A DNA stretch of 64,000 nt from Paraspadella gotoi (GCA_051294375.1 JBJCIZ010000239.1:5629936-5693935); one strand, 5' to 3'; positions 1 through 13,267 are shown, counted from the stretch's first letter. Notes: a model not told the origin generated them from the letters alone. Made by a program: numbers and translations.

Positions 1-307
1 TCCCAGACGAGGCAATTTGAGGCTCTATTGTAGGAGGCACGAATTATGGAGAAGAGTTTTTTCTTTCTTCTTTTTTTTTTTAAACTTTGTTTTTTAATTG
101 AAAAAAAAAACGTTCATGATTTCATTATCGTTTTCTTTTATATTTTTTTCCGTCAAATATGATTGAAAGTATTGAGTTGTTGACGTTAGTTTTAATTAAA
201 ATATCTCCAGTTTGATAATTTTTATTTCGTTTCTGTTTTGGCGCATTATTTTTTTTTCCGTGGGTGGGGAAGTTACATTCACGTGAAAAAAAATATTTTC
301 ACGTATA

Positions 308-1165
308 TTTCATTCGCTAATTGAAGTTTGTTTGTTTTTTTTTACATTTATATTTCCAGGGAGACGAAAAGTTGGNNNNNNNNNNNNNNNNNNNNNNNNN
401 NNNNNNNNNNNNNNNNNNNNNNNNNNNNNNNNNNNNNNNNNNNNNNNNNNNNNNNNNNNNNNNNNNNNNNNNNNNNNNNNNNNNNNNNNNNNNNNNNNNN
501 NNNNNNNNNNNNNNNNNNNNNNNNNNNNNNNNNNNNNNNNNNNNNNNNNNNNNNNNNNNNNNNNNNNNNNNNNNNNNNNNNNNNNNNNNNNNNNNNNNNN
601 NNNNNNNNNNNNNNNNNNNNNNNNNNNNNNNNNNNNNNNNNNNNNNNNNNNNNNNNNNNNNNNNNNNNNNNNNNNNNNNNNNNNNNNNNNNNNNNNNNNN
701 NNNNNNNCTTATCACTTTACAGAACTAAAATACAAAACTTAATTAAGTGTTACAGTTTTGTTAGAAAAAGTTTCAATTTATAAANNNNNNNNNNGTTTCA
801 TTCGCTAATTGAAGTTTGTTTGTTTTTTTTACATTTATATTTCCAGGGAGACGAAAAGTTGGTCGTGATTGTTTAACAATTGACGAATTACAAAAAGGTT
901 AGACGCATGCTTGTTCCGTTTACGATTACAAACAAAAAGTTTAGTTTACAAAAAGTTTGTTTTACAAAACATATATGCTTACAAAAATATTGGGAAGGAG
1001 TCAAGAGTTTGGAAGAGAGTCGCTGGTATTGAATTTCATAATCTCGATTTTGAAGATAATTTTATTTAAAAGTCATAAAACTTATCACTTTACAGAACTA
1101 AAATACAAAACTTAATTAAGGTATAGTTATACAAGTGTTACAGTTTTGTTATAAAAAGTTTCAAG
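308..1165 (+). repeat. Short gap-flanking duplications (308-375 repeats 796-862; 708-783 repeats ~1081-1165)
   Basis: Near-identical strings on either side of N runs. Confidence 0.8.
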
Positions 1166-1634
1166 TTATGAAACAAAATCGAGATTTTTAACTCACGTGA
1201 CAAAAAAAACAACTTTGTGAAAGATTTTCGGTGGAAGGAAACGAAACGTTTCTTTTTGTTTTGTTGATTTTTTTGTTGTTGTTTTATTTTTCGTTACGAA
1301 AAAAAAACGGACTTTTAATTTCGGGGTTTTTATTTTTTAGATATTTTTTTTACATCAATTTAGACTTAGTAGTTTTTTTTTAACGGGGATGAAATCTAAC
1401 TACAGACGCATTGGTTGATTTTGGTTTTTATTTTTTGAGAATCACAGTCATTATGTTGCGAAGGTCAAGGGGAAGTTCGGATTGGTGCTTTTTTTTAAAT
1501 TTCTTATTAGTTAAATTGAGAAAAGACAAAATTATGTCTTTGTTTGTACACGATTCTCTCGTTTTTAATCTGGAAAAAATAAAAAAATGATTAATGAAAT
1601 TAATATTGATGTGTTTTCTAGGGTACGTTGATAG

Positions 1635-1670
<36 letters not shown>

Positions 1671-2686
1671 NNNNNNNNNNNNNNNNNNNNNNNNNNNNNN
1701 NNNNNNNNNNNNNNNNNNNNNNNNNNNNNNNNNNNNNNNNNNNNNNNNNNNNNNNNNNNNNNNNNNNNNNNNNNNNNNNNNNNNNNTGCCCATAATGCGG
1801 AGCCAACGTCATAAAATTGCGACACTTAAAAAGGAGATGAGTATTTTAAAAGAAGTAATTACACGAGACAAGATCGAGAGAAAAGGGAAAAAAGAAGTTA
1901 AAAAGAAGGAAATTAAGACGACAAAAAGAAAGAAACGTAGAGAAAGAAAGAGAGCAGACTGTGACATTTCTGTGCCATTTCTGTGCTAACCCCGGACGAA
2001 ATACAAAAAGGAAACGTTTTCGCTTCCAAAACATTTTTAAAATGTTTTTAAACCAAAATAGAAAAAAAAACTAGGAAATGCCGAGATTCACACGCTGAAA
2101 AATATTGTGCTCAGTGGAATAGGAGCCTTAACCCTTAACCCCTGTCCAAAACCAATGGCAATATAGCCTTTTTACTTAATTAATTTTCATCTTTGTTGTA
2201 GCAAGTTTATTTANNNNNNNNNNNNNNNNNNNNNNNNNNNNNNNNNNNNNNNNNNNNNNNNNNNNNNNNNNNNNNNNNNNNNNNNNNNNNNNNNNNNNNN
2301 NNNNNNNNNNNNNNNNNNNNNNNNNNNNNNNNNNNNNNNNNNNNNNNNNNNNNNNNNNNNNNNNNNNNNNNNNNNNNNNNNNNNNNNNNNNNNNNNNNNN
2401 NNNNNNNNNNNNNNNNNNNNNNNNNNNNNNNNNNNNNNNNNNNNNNNNNNNNNNNNNNNNNNNNNNNNNNNNNNNNNNNNNNNNNNNNNNNNNNNNNNNN
2501 NNNNNNNNNNNNNNNNNNNNNNNNNNNNNNNNNNNNNNNNNNNNNNNNNNNNNNNNNNNNNNNNNNNNNNNTTCTCTTCTCTTCTCTTCTCTTCTCTTCT
2601 CTTCTCTTTCTGGTTCTAAAACCTCACACTTCTCACAACTTTTTTCACGTCGTTGGTAAAATAGTTCACGTGAAAGGGAATCGTAG

Positions 2687-2740
<54 letters not shown>

Positions 2741-3152
2741 TCGCAATCGTCTAAATCTTCACGACCCTCATTGTCTTTGTGATAGTGATTGTCGACATGA
2801 TCGTCACCACCCTGATGATTATCACTGTCGCCATTGTCTTCACGTTTGCTCTCATTTGCGTCATTTTGTCGTCGTAGTCATCCTGGATTTCTCGTCGTCT
2901 TTGTCGTCGTCGTCGTCTTTGTCGTTGTCGTCGGCACATCCCTTCACATCCCTTCACATCTTAAGCGGATTAAACTCATTCCTGGTGAAGTAAATGGAAT
3001 TGTCGATTTCCTCGTGGGTTCAAGATGTTTCCTGACAATGCATGAAAGACTCTCTCTCTCTCGTTGTCTTTCTCTCTCTCCACCTCCCTTTCATCCTTCC
3101 TCCCTTCCTCTCTTTCTCTCTATCTCACTGTCTTTCTCTCTCTGTCTTTTTA

Positions 3153-3184
<32 letters not shown>

Positions 3185-3381
3185 NNNNNNNNNNNNNNNN
3201 NNNNNNNNNNNNNNNNNNNNNNNNNNNNNNNNNNNNNNNNNNNNNNNNNNNNNNNNNNNNNNNNNNNNNNNNNNNNNNNNNNNNNNNNNNNNNNNNNNNN
3301 NNNNNNNNNNNNNNNNNNNNNNNNNNNNNNNNNNNNNNNNNNNNNNNNNNNNNNNNNNNNNNNNNNNNNNNNNNNNNNNNN

Positions 3382-3416
<35 letters not shown>

Positions 3417-6400
3417 TTTCGACAATGATACATTACTACATTACTTCACGGTATTTTTAACGTTCATTAAGCTTCGCCATAGAATGAAACTTGTATAGGA
3501 ATGTTTAGCTCTTTTTTCGTAATGTATTGTTTAAAAAGGGCAGAAATAAATTAATTGCCATATAATTTGGGAATTTTTTTTCTATTTAAATTCTTTCTTT
3601 CCTTCCATCTTTTCTTGCTTTCTTTCTGACTTATATTGCCTCTCTTTATTCTCATTTCTTTGCTAATTAACGCAATCTATCTCTCTCNNNNNNNNNNNNN
3701 NNNNNNNNNNNNNNNNNNNNNNNNNNNNNNNNNNNNNNNNNNNNNNNNNNNNNNNNNNNNNNNNNNNNNNNNNNNNNNNNNNNNNNNNNNNNNNNNNNNN
3801 NNNNNNNNNNNNNNNNNNNNNNNNNNNNNNNNNNNNNNNNNNNNNNNNNNNNNNNNNNNNNNNNNNNNNNTCTCTCCTTTTCCAATCCTTTCATCTCTTT
3901 TCATCCCGCTTTGTATGTCGACTTCAAATTTTTTTCTTGTTTTTCAGATGTTTCTTTAAAATTTCATTCTTCAGCTTCAGTTTTCAACTTTTCTCCATTT
4001 TTTTCCCAGTTGTTCCTTTTTCTTTCTTCTGGATATATAAAAGAAAAAAGTGGAAACCAAAGGGGAAAAAAAACTCGGGCGATATTTTCCATTAGTATTT
4101 AATTTTAAATATTGGGTTAAGGATTAGGGTTAGTGTTTAGGGTTAGGATTTAAGTTTCAAATATTGGGGTTATGGGATAAGATAAGGATTAAGGTTAGGA
4201 TTTAGATTAAAGCTAAACATTGTTATTCCTAGCCCTAATGTTACATATTAAATATTTGATTAAATATTTATTTAAAAATTTATATTGTTTTAAAATTAAA
4301 TAATAATTAGTGAAGTTGATTAAAAATTAATAAAAGATTAAATTGTTTTGAAATTGAGTTCATTGATTAACAACAGTAATGAGTCGCTTTGAAATAAGTG
4401 CGCCAAAAGTTGAAACAAAGGAGAAAAAAAAGATTTAGTGGATTTACGAATTTGGAATTGAGTCTGAGTTACAACCGAAAAAAAAAAAATTTCAATCTTT
4501 TTTTTTGTTTTCATATCCGAAAAATCGAAATGCGGATTTTTTTTTTAATTCCCTAAAAATCAATCGTAGCTTTTGGGACCAAATGAATAAATTGATAAAA
4601 AGGGGAAATAGTGATCTGGTGTTATTTATATTAATATTTGATTAATGAAAATTCCAAGATTGCTTATCTTTTACTATTTTTAAAATAATATCAAAGGCCT
4701 GCTTTTTGAAGACAATATTTAAAATTTTAGATACTGATCCAAAAGCTACTTTTATCTTTTATTTAAAAAAAAAACAAATATTTACATTTTTTTCAAGCGA
4801 ATAGAAATTTACATATTCTAAAATATAAAAAAAAATTAATAAAATCTTCATTTCTCGTCTTTTTTAGTTTAAATCCAAATGACTCCTTCCATTTTGAAAA
4901 AAAAAAAAAAGACGAAAGAAATTTGCCATCTGATGCCTAAAACAGAAGGGACCAGCCCGTCTTAGCAAGAGCATATTGCTTGCCAATTATAATTTACTAG
5001 TATTACTTGTATTAGTAAAGTAGTAAAGCAGTTCAGCAATTATTTCTGTTCTTCCTTATTCGAGCTTGATTGATTTATTGATTGATTGATTGATGGATTG
5101 AATTTATTAAATTATTTTATCCCTTAAATTCCCCTTTTCCATTTTTCACTTCTTAATTCTTTTAACTATTCCATTTTCTCTTTTCCCCTTTTTCCCTTTN
5201 NNNNNNNNNNNNNNNNNNNNNNNNNNNNNNNNNNNNNNNNNNNNNNNNNNNNNNNNNNNNNNNNNNNNNNNNNNNNNNNNNNNNNNNNNNNNNNNNNNNN
5301 NNNNNNNNNNNNNNNNNNNNNNNNNNNNNNNNNNNNNNNNNNNNNNNNNNNNNNNNNNNNNNNNNNNNNNNNNNNNNNNNNNNNNNNNNNNNNNNNNNNN
5401 NNNNNNNTTTCCCCTTTTCCCCCTTCATCCTTTTCCCATTTCCCTCCTTTCCCTTTTCACCCAATTTCCCCTTTTCCCTCTTCATCCTTTTTCCATTTTC
5501 CCCCCCAATTCCCTCTTTTGTCCCAAATCGTGAGGGATTTGTTCTCGGATCCCGAGAGGAAATTAATTGGGACTTTCACTCGAACTTCGTCGTCGTCGTT
5601 CGTCGTTCGTCGTCGTTGTCGTCGTTGGTCGTCGTTCGTCGTCGTCGTTTGTCGTCCTCGTTCGTCGTCTTTGTAGTTTTTGTTATCGTCGTCGTCGTCG
5701 TCGATGTAGTCTTTGTTGGCGTTGTTGTCGTCATTTTTTTCTCTTTTTTTTCGCTTTTTCCCTCTTGTTTTCTTTCTTCCTGTCTTTCATTTTTTCTTTC
5801 TGTCTTTCTTTTTTCTTTCTGTCTTTCTTTTTTTCTTTCTGTCTTTCTTTTTTTCTTTCTGGCTTTTTTTATTCCTATCTTTCTATTTTTCTTTCTGTCT
5901 TTATTTCTCACATTCTTTATTCTTTTTCATTTTCTTGTCTTCTCTTGTCCTGTCATGCTTTGTCATGCTTTGTCCTGCGTTCCATTCCCCGTAAGAATAA
6001 TTTTATTTTAACAATTATCTTGTGGTTGTGTTTTAGTATAAATTTAAAAATTTCAAATCGCGATTTTCGATCCAAACCCAGAAAGGCAAGGAATTTGAAA
6101 ATAGATTTTAATAAAGTATTTTTATCGTCGCAATAAAAATTTTTTTTTTAAATTTTATTTGGTCTTATTCTGTATTTTACTTAATATCCTATTTATGCCC
6201 AATAAAGAGAAGAGAGAGAGAGAGCGAAAGAGAGAGAAAGAGAGAAATCGCTCACGACTAAGCCACGACAACTTTTCTTTATATCCTATTTATAAACAAT
6301 AAGGAGAGANNNNNNNNNNNNNNNNNNNNNNNNNNNNNNNNNNNNNNNNNNNNNNNNNNNNNNNNNNNNNNNNNNNNNNNNNNNNNNNNNNNNNNNNNNN

Positions 6401-6739
6401 NNNNNNNNNNNNNNNNNNNNNNNNNNNNNNNNNNNNNNNNNNNNNNNNNNNNNNNNNNNNNNNNNNNNNNNNNNNNNNNNNNNNNNNNNNGGGACGACTG
6501 CGTCTGACAAGTTTTTTCGATACTAAAAGTTAAGGAGATGACTGAAGACGCAAAATCCGATTTAAAAATTCAAAAACATTATTTTTTTCTTGGGAGAAAG
6601 GTGACGAAAAATATTTAAGCCTCTTACGGAAGCAATATTTTTTGTATTGGCATTTTTTTTCAACAAACTTTTTTTTTGACACGGCAATACCCTTCGTTGT
6701 TTTTTACTTGACTAAGTCGTTTTAATCTATAATCCGTCA

Positions 6740-6944
6740 TGACCCGGTGGCTCATGAGAACCAGGTACCGGGATCGATGCTTCCTACCCTGCGGAAAGCG
6801 TTAGGATGGCCGTAAACCGCCCTGAGAGCCTGGAAAACTTCTCAAACTTGGTTCCAAGCCCGGGAACAGTTCCATTGCCTGCTGAGGGCGGGAACTGAAG
6901 TTACGGATAGTAGTCTTCCAGGCCCGCTTAGCGCCTCATCCAAA
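6740..6944 (+). mobile_element. tRNA-derived SINE, family A (internally deleted copy)
   Basis: tgacccggtggctcatgag...cctaccctgcggaaagcgttaggatggccgtaaaccgcc...ggttccaagcccggg aligns by eye with the 40399-40614 copy. Confidence 0.72.
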
Positions 6945-8170
6945 CCAAATCCAGACACATACAGTGAAATAAAAATTATCTCCTGTGGCCAGCAAGACTA
7001 TTAAAGCTGCCTCACTGCTGTCCGTCCTCAGCCTCGTCTCAATGGCTGAGCAGGGCTAAATACATCTCATTCCATCCCATGCCGTCCCGGGTTCCAATCC
7101 CTGAGTATCCCGGTTTTCTAGGCTTAAACTGTGACGGTGCCGGTTTTAAACATGCCAGTGACAGGAGGGGCGCGTCACTGGAGGGTCCGGCAGCCCCACG
7201 CCAGTGGTGAGATACCCCCCGCCCCGGGATATCACAGGCTATCCTCCGTGCCATACTCCCATCAAATTTGACTCGCTGACTTTTAAGACCATCGATGCTC
7301 CCTTTCCCCCAATTCAGCTCCTTTCTCCCCCCCCCCGTACTCCACAACCCCCCCCCCTCTAAATCCATCCCCACCGTTGTCCAAACATCATGCCGCGCCT
7401 TCCAAACTCTCCAGCCCTCGTGGGGCGTTCTCTTCAACTCGCCTCTACATTTTCTTCTCATCAGTATGTCGACGATGCATCTTATACCGCGTCTTCGTCT
7501 CGCTCTTCAACTCGCGTCGATGACGCTGCTTTTTTTGTTAAGCGCCCCCCCCCTTATTTCTGTACTCTTATATACATGAACCTAACTTTGACCCTATTAA
7601 TTAACCCAAATCATTAAACCTAATCCCTAACGCTAATCCCTGACCAAAACCTAATCTTTGACCCTATTTCTAATCTTTTAAATCTTATAAAAAGTATTTA
7701 TCTTCAAATCCATAACCAAATTACTAACTTAAAACTAATCCTGAACTCTAAACCCTAATTTTTTAACCCTAATCTCTTGCCTAACCATAACCCAAATTCC
7801 TGACAGTAACCCTAATCCTTAATCCTTAACTCTAATCCCTAACCTCTAACCTCTAATATTTAAACATGAAAAACTTAATCCTTTAATCCTTAGGTTAGGG
7901 CGCTTTGGTGAAAGAAACTGGTTTCATTTTCCCTGAACGTCCCATTTCATTTTAAAATCATAGTTAAATATTTTGTTAGGGTTAAAAATTAAAAAGAATT
8001 AAGGGTTAAGGATTACTTTATGGTTAAAGATTAAGGTTAAGAAATAGAGCGTGGGATTATCTTACGAGTTTGGTAACAGATTAAGGTTAAATATTAGAAT
8101 TAAAACTAAGTATTAAAAATTTAAAAACAGATATGGGTCGCTTTTGGAAAAGAGAGCTTAAAAATTCCAG

Positions 8171-8813
8171 GTCGCATTCGTCTTCCTCTTTCTCGGCGAA
8201 ACTGCAGGAACACTTCCTCTGTTCCCCTTCGCTTGGCGAAACTGGACAGTGAAGACTCCCAGTCGATGGATCACATTTTTAATCCTCGGTTTCCTCATCA
8301 ATCTAAACTTCATCATCTGGCGCGCATGCGCGGACGCCATGCCCCTCGGCGTCTTCAGCGCCATCGCCGGCTGCGGCTTTTTCTTCGCCCCGGCGATCAC
8401 CGCGGCTCTGCAAAGACGCTGCATCGGCCGCGTGGACGCCCTCGGCGTCGTCGTCGCCATCGTCGGTCTGCTGCTGGTGACGCATCCTCCGTTTCTTTTC
8501 AATCATCCCGTCAACGCCCCCGCGTGGGCCTACGTCTTCGCGATCCTTCAAGCCGCCATCTGTCTTTCGTTTCCTTTCTTCTTTGGCGCGACGGCCGACG
8601 CTCATTGGTCCAATTTTCTCGTGCTGCGCGTCATTTGCAGCACCCTCGTCGCCGCCGTCTGCTTCGCCGTCTCTGGCGGCGTCGCCGCGTTCGCTGCGGC
8701 GCCCCTGACGCCGCTGGCCGACGTCTTTCTCGTCGGCGTCATCTCAACCATCTACCGATTGGCGCAACAAGTCGGTTGCTACGAGTTGGAGGCGTTCGAC
8801 GCGGGCCTTGCAG
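8171..8813 (+). CDS. Internal exon of an EamA/DMT-superfamily (SLC35G-like) multi-pass membrane transporter; upstream exon(s) not identified
   Basis: Acceptor ttccag|GTC at 8170/8171 and donor CAG|gtagag at 8813/8814 (phase 1). The GC-rich open frame reads VAFVFLFLGETAGTLPLFPFAWRNW...AMPLGVFSAIAGCGFFFAPAITAAL...DALGVVVAIVGLLLVTHPPFLF...DAGLA, with many hydrophobic helices. The 'MPLG' and 'GLLLVTHPPFLF' segments match the SLC35G/EamA pattern (LPLGDA...GVVLIARPPFLF). Confidence 0.85.
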
Positions 8814-9142
8814 GTAGAGGGGCGTAGTCTGTCGAATTGTAGATGGCGTTAGTCTGAATTTCGAATATGGGAAAAAAAACTCTTCATTGTAAAACTTATA
8901 TAAATTTTCTTAAGAAAAGAATTATGGCAAATAAAATTTATAAAATTACATTAAAACTAGTAATTAGATTTTGAATTTTTATTTATGGAAATGAATTATC
9001 AAGATATTGAAAATTTTTTTATTGAAAAAAAAATCTTGTAATTATAATTTTTTTAAAACTTTTTTTAATCAGAATTTATTAGTTATTTATTTAATTTATA
9101 ATATTTTGAATCTTTGATCTCCGCCAACGCCAATTCGCATGA

Positions 9143-9194
<52 letters not shown>

Positions 9195-9197
9195 CAG

Positions 9198-9409
9198 GGA
9201 CGTTGGGAAATCTCATAAACTCCGGCAACATCGCGTCGACGGCGCTGTTGTCCATGGCGTTCTTCGGCGAGAGATTGACGCCGTTGGAAGCGGTGGGCGT
9301 GGCCGTCATCTTCGTCGCCATCTTTGTCGTGACGATGGCGAAGAGTTTTGAGAAGAGGAGGAGGAAAGAGGAGGAGGAAGAGGAGGAAAAAGGAGGAGGG
9401 GGAGGGTGA
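9198..9409 (+). CDS. Terminal exon of the EamA/DMT (SLC35G-like) transporter
   Basis: Acceptor (ct)n-ccag| at 9197/9198 is phase-compatible with the upstream donor (G+GG = Gly). It translates GTLGNLINSGNIASTALLSMAFFGERLTPLEAVGVAVIFVAIFVVTMAKSFEKRRRKEEEEEEEKGGGGG*. 'FFGERLT...GVAVI' is the canonical EamA C-terminal motif. Stop TGA at 9407-9409. Confidence 0.87.
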
Positions 9410-9850
9410 GGAAGAAGGAGAGGGAGAGAGGAAGGAGAAATCCGCTCTTGAATGAAAATGGAGAGAGAATTTCGGAAGAATAAGATATTTTTTTCTCAAA
9501 AGTTTAAAAAGAAGATAAACCTGCGAATGTTATTTTATTATTTTATTTTTTTTTTTTTTATAAAAAAATTACATTTTTTCATTATGTAAATCAGTGAAAG
9601 GTCTTTCGACCGAAATACTCAAATTGTTTCGATGTATAAATTATCTCGACCCTTGATCCCTTAATCTAAATATTTAACCTACTTATGTTACCTTAACCTA
9701 TAACTCAATTCTTAACCCTAATCCCTAATCTTAACTTAATCCTTAACCTAAACCATTAACCTATTTCCCGATCGAAATTTAAAATTTACGTTAAATTCCA
9801 AATTTAAGATGAAATAGGGCGTTCTGGGAAAATAAGGCGCTTCGGGCATG

Positions 9851-9945
9851 GAGGCTTTTCCACGCCCCCTAGGCGGTGTACGGCCGTCCTCACGCTTCCC
9901 GAAGGGAAGGCACTGGCTTTACTCAATGAGCCACCCGGTCATAAC
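9851..9945 (-). mobile_element. tRNA-derived SINE, family A (partial)
   Basis: The reverse complement reads tgaccgggtggctcattgagtaaagcc...cgggaagcgtgaggacggccgtacaccgcctaggggg. Confidence 0.7.
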
Positions 9946-11469
9946 GGGGATTGATATTACCCTGCGGAGTGAACCTGGGCAATGACCGCTTCATATATTA
10001 CGTTATTATACATTATTAGGCAGCCAAATTTAAACGAAGTTAATATATATGCGTTACTCAAAAATAATCGCTGCTGTTATCATGCCTGTTTATTATTTTT
10101 TTTAACTGTATGTTGATGTTAAGAATTAAATGGTTATATTTTCCTTTACTGTTTAAACAACAAGACTGAAAAAAATGTCTCACAGTTCCTGCAATTTTTC
10201 GAAAGAGTACTTGCGTTCTTTTTCGTGACGCTGTGTGTACCGCCGCGTGTCAATCTTCGTGTGACGGTGCGTGTGACGCTACATGTCAAGCTCTGTGTGA
10301 CGGTGCGTGAGACGTCTCGTCCGCCACGATTTTGACGACGTCATCGTTTTCCTTCATTTTTTTCTTACACATTTACAATTTACTTTTTTTTTTCACTTTT
10401 TCCTCCTTTTTTTCCTTTTTTTCAGTGGAAGGGGAAAAAAAAGGTTTTTCCCCTTCTCTTTTTCTTGTTTTTCTTTTCCCTTCCTTTGCTTTTTCCTTAT
10501 TTTTGTTTTCAACTTACTCCTCTCTTTTTCCTTATGTTTCTTTTCCTATTTCCTCACTTCTTTTCCTTATTTTTCTCTTCCCTTCCCCCCTCCCATNNNN
10601 NNNNNNNNNNNNNNNNNNNNNNNNNNNNNNNNNNNNNNNNNNNNNNNNNNNNNNNNNNNNNNNNNNNNNNNNNNNNNNNNNNNNNNNNNNNNNNNNNNNN
10701 NNNNNNNNNNNNNNNNNNNNNNNNNNNNNNNNNNNNNNNNNNNNNNNNNNNNNNNNNNNNNNNNNNNNNNNNNNNNNNNNNNNNNNNNNNNNNNNNNNNN
10801 NNNNNNNNNNNNNNNNNNNNNNNNNNNNNAAAGAGAGAGATTTCTCTCTCTCTCTCTGCTCTCCTCTCTCTTCCTCTCTCTCCTCTCTCTCTCCTCTTCT
10901 CATCTCGTCTCAGTCTTCAGTTCTCCAATTCCTCTTCTTCTTGTTTGCCTTCGTTAGAGGTAATAAAAATGGGAGAGAAAGACGCAAATATGGCGAAAGA
11001 CGAATTTCCTAGAAGCGACGACGACGACGTCATCGAACAACGACGACGATGATGCCGACGACAGCAACGACCATGACGACAACGACGACGATGACAGCGA
11101 CAATGACGATAATGATGAAGATGAAGACGCCGATGATGATGACAACGACGACGATGACGTCTTAAAATATGAAGACGCCGACGACGTCGACAATGGACGA
11201 CGAAAAACAAAGACCTACACGACGCCGACGACGACGACGACGACGACTACGACGACGATAGCAAAAATCGAAGACAGAATTTCTAAAAAGCTTTTAACGA
11301 ATCCTCGAAAATGCCAATCAAAATCGAGAAGAAGTCGTTGCGATCGCCGTTCCGGTCATATTTTTGAAAAGGGCCTCGTTTCAACATAAATTCAGAATTG
11401 AGTACGGGGTTAGGAGAAGGGTGAGGCTCAGAACTTTGTTGGGAGATTTGGTTGAGGATTAGGGTTATG

Positions 11470-11600
11470 GATTAAGAATTCGGGAAGGGGGTTAGGGTTG
11501 AGGATTAAGAATTCGGGAAGGGGATTAGGGTTGAGGATTAAGAATTCGGGAAGGGGATTAGGATTAATGATTAAGAATTCGGGAAGGGGATTAAGGATTA
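11470..11600 (+). repeat. 33-bp minisatellite, about 4 copies
   Basis: The unit ttaagaattcgggaaggggattagggttgagga is repeated in tandem. Confidence 0.85.
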
Positions 11601-12104
11601 TGATTTCTCGTACGCTTTCGGGATCTCTTTAACTATTTGGTGAAATAATAAAATTGAGTTCAGAGAATATAAATTATAAATTAGAAGAATGAGGCGCTTT
11701 AGGGAAATAATTCAACCGTTCCCATCGTCGTCATCGTCGTCGTTGTCGTCGTCGTCATCGTCCTCCTCGGTGAGGAACGGTGAAAATCCCACAGCGAAGA
11801 CGTGCGGACTGCGTTGTGAATTGTGAATGTAACCCGGTTTCGATGAACCCTCCAGTGGCCGCGGAAAAACGGGGATATTTTTTTCTTTCTTTCTTTTTCT
11901 TTCCAGTTTTGAGTTTTTTTTCATTTTATTTCTTTTTTTCTCTTCAACTCATTTTCTCCTTTTTCTTTTGTTAAAAACTTTAATTTCTTTACCTTCCACC
12001 CGTCTAGGGTCTTCTCTTACTGAGCATAATAATTTTGATTTCCGCAGGACATTGCACCGAGTTAAACCCTTAAGTAAACCGTCTTTAAGCATAAGTTATT
12101 CAGG

Positions 12105-12320
12105 TGTGACCCCGTGGCTCATTGAGTATAAGCTAACGGCTCATGAACATTAAGTACCGGGAACGTCGCCGAATATTGCCTACCCCTCGGGAAGCGTGAG
12201 GGCTGCCGTAAACCGCCTTGGGGGGGGCGTGTAAGCCTCGTTCCAAGGTCCCGTTTCATTGTTCCCTAGGGGGCGCAAATAATACCGAATGTTGTCTTCA
12301 GCCACTTTGCGCCTTCTCTA
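12105..12320 (+). mobile_element. tRNA-derived SINE, family A
   Basis: gtgaccccgtggctcattgagtataagc...gtaccggg...cctacccctcgggaagcgtgagggctgccgtaaaccgccttgggg matches the family. Confidence 0.72.
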
Positions 12321-12835
12321 CAGATTTTTGCTGCAGATGCACTCTTGAAGTATTATTTATAAGTATACGATGTTATAAATACAAAAGTAAGAAACGATAA
12401 ATAAAAGCTAGGTTTTCCTTTTCATTACTAATCTCTTCTTTCCTCTCTTCAATTCATTTTAGTTCAGACTTTTGAAGCGACCTCGGTCAATGCCGGTTAT
12501 GGCGCAAAGAAAAAGTGGACGACAACGACGACGACGTGGACAATGTCAATACGGATTACGACAACCGACACGATGACGACGACAAGGACGACGAAGACAA
12601 CGACGATGTCAATACCGATTATGACAAGCCAGACAACGACGATGACAACGAAGGGGACGACTAAGATGGCGATGCCGACGACGACGATGACGACGACGAC
12701 GGCCACTAAGTCGATGACGATGTCAATAAAGATTTCGACAAGCTAATAGAAAACGACAAGCAGGACAAGGACAATCAGGATGTCGATACGGATGGCGACG
12801 ACGACGACGACGACTAAAACGACGATGTAAAAAGG

Positions 12836-13207
12836 ATGGGGTAAAAAAAAAAGAGACGACTCATCATTAAAACGACGACAAAAGTTCATTTGCTTCGACT
12901 AGGAAACGGTTGTCGTCGTTGTGGTTGTTGTCGTCGTCGTTGTCCTTTTTGTCTTTGTCGTCGTCGTCGAAGTTGTTGTCGTTGTTAGCGTCGTTGTTGT
13001 CGTCGTCGTTATCGTCTTTGTCGTTATTGACAATGTGGGCCTTTTTATTATTTCGTCGTCGTAGTTTATTTGGAGTGTTTGCTCGATCTTCATTGGTTGC
13101 GACGTTGCAACAACGAAATCAGAAGGACGGAATCCGCTGCAGAAACCCCACCATCGTGTCGAGGGACTTGAATTGGATTGGGTCCAAAGAAGTGAGCCGG
13201 AAGAGGC

Positions 13208-13267
<60 letters not shown>

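Noticed and set aside
2751-2935. Hydrophobic Val/Ile-rich frame that could be the transporter's missing first TM exon
   Set aside because: It is a degenerate (GTC/ATC)n repeat with in-frame stops. The same pattern recurs at 5590-5730, 12500-12830 and 38900-39260.
317-6510. Long ORFs containing X runs or RERE/LSLS/FFLS tracts
   Set aside because: They are translations of N gaps and (GA)n/(CTTT)n microsatellites, with no family motifs or splice-consistent structure.
7010-7290. GC-rich segment with a 140-aa minus-strand ORF
   Set aside because: There is no recognisable domain or consistent splice signals. It is probably a retroelement UTR fragment, but no second copy in the window supports a call.
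9591-9620. Possible fourth hammerhead (cagtgaaa GGTC tttc GACC gaaa)
   Set aside because: A stem II-like hairpin and GAAA are present, but there is no intact CUGANGA core and no convincing stem I or III. At most it is a decayed relic.
11470-11600. 33-bp repeats resembling a CRISPR array
   Set aside because: The units are contiguous with no unique spacers, the context is eukaryotic and there are no cas genes.
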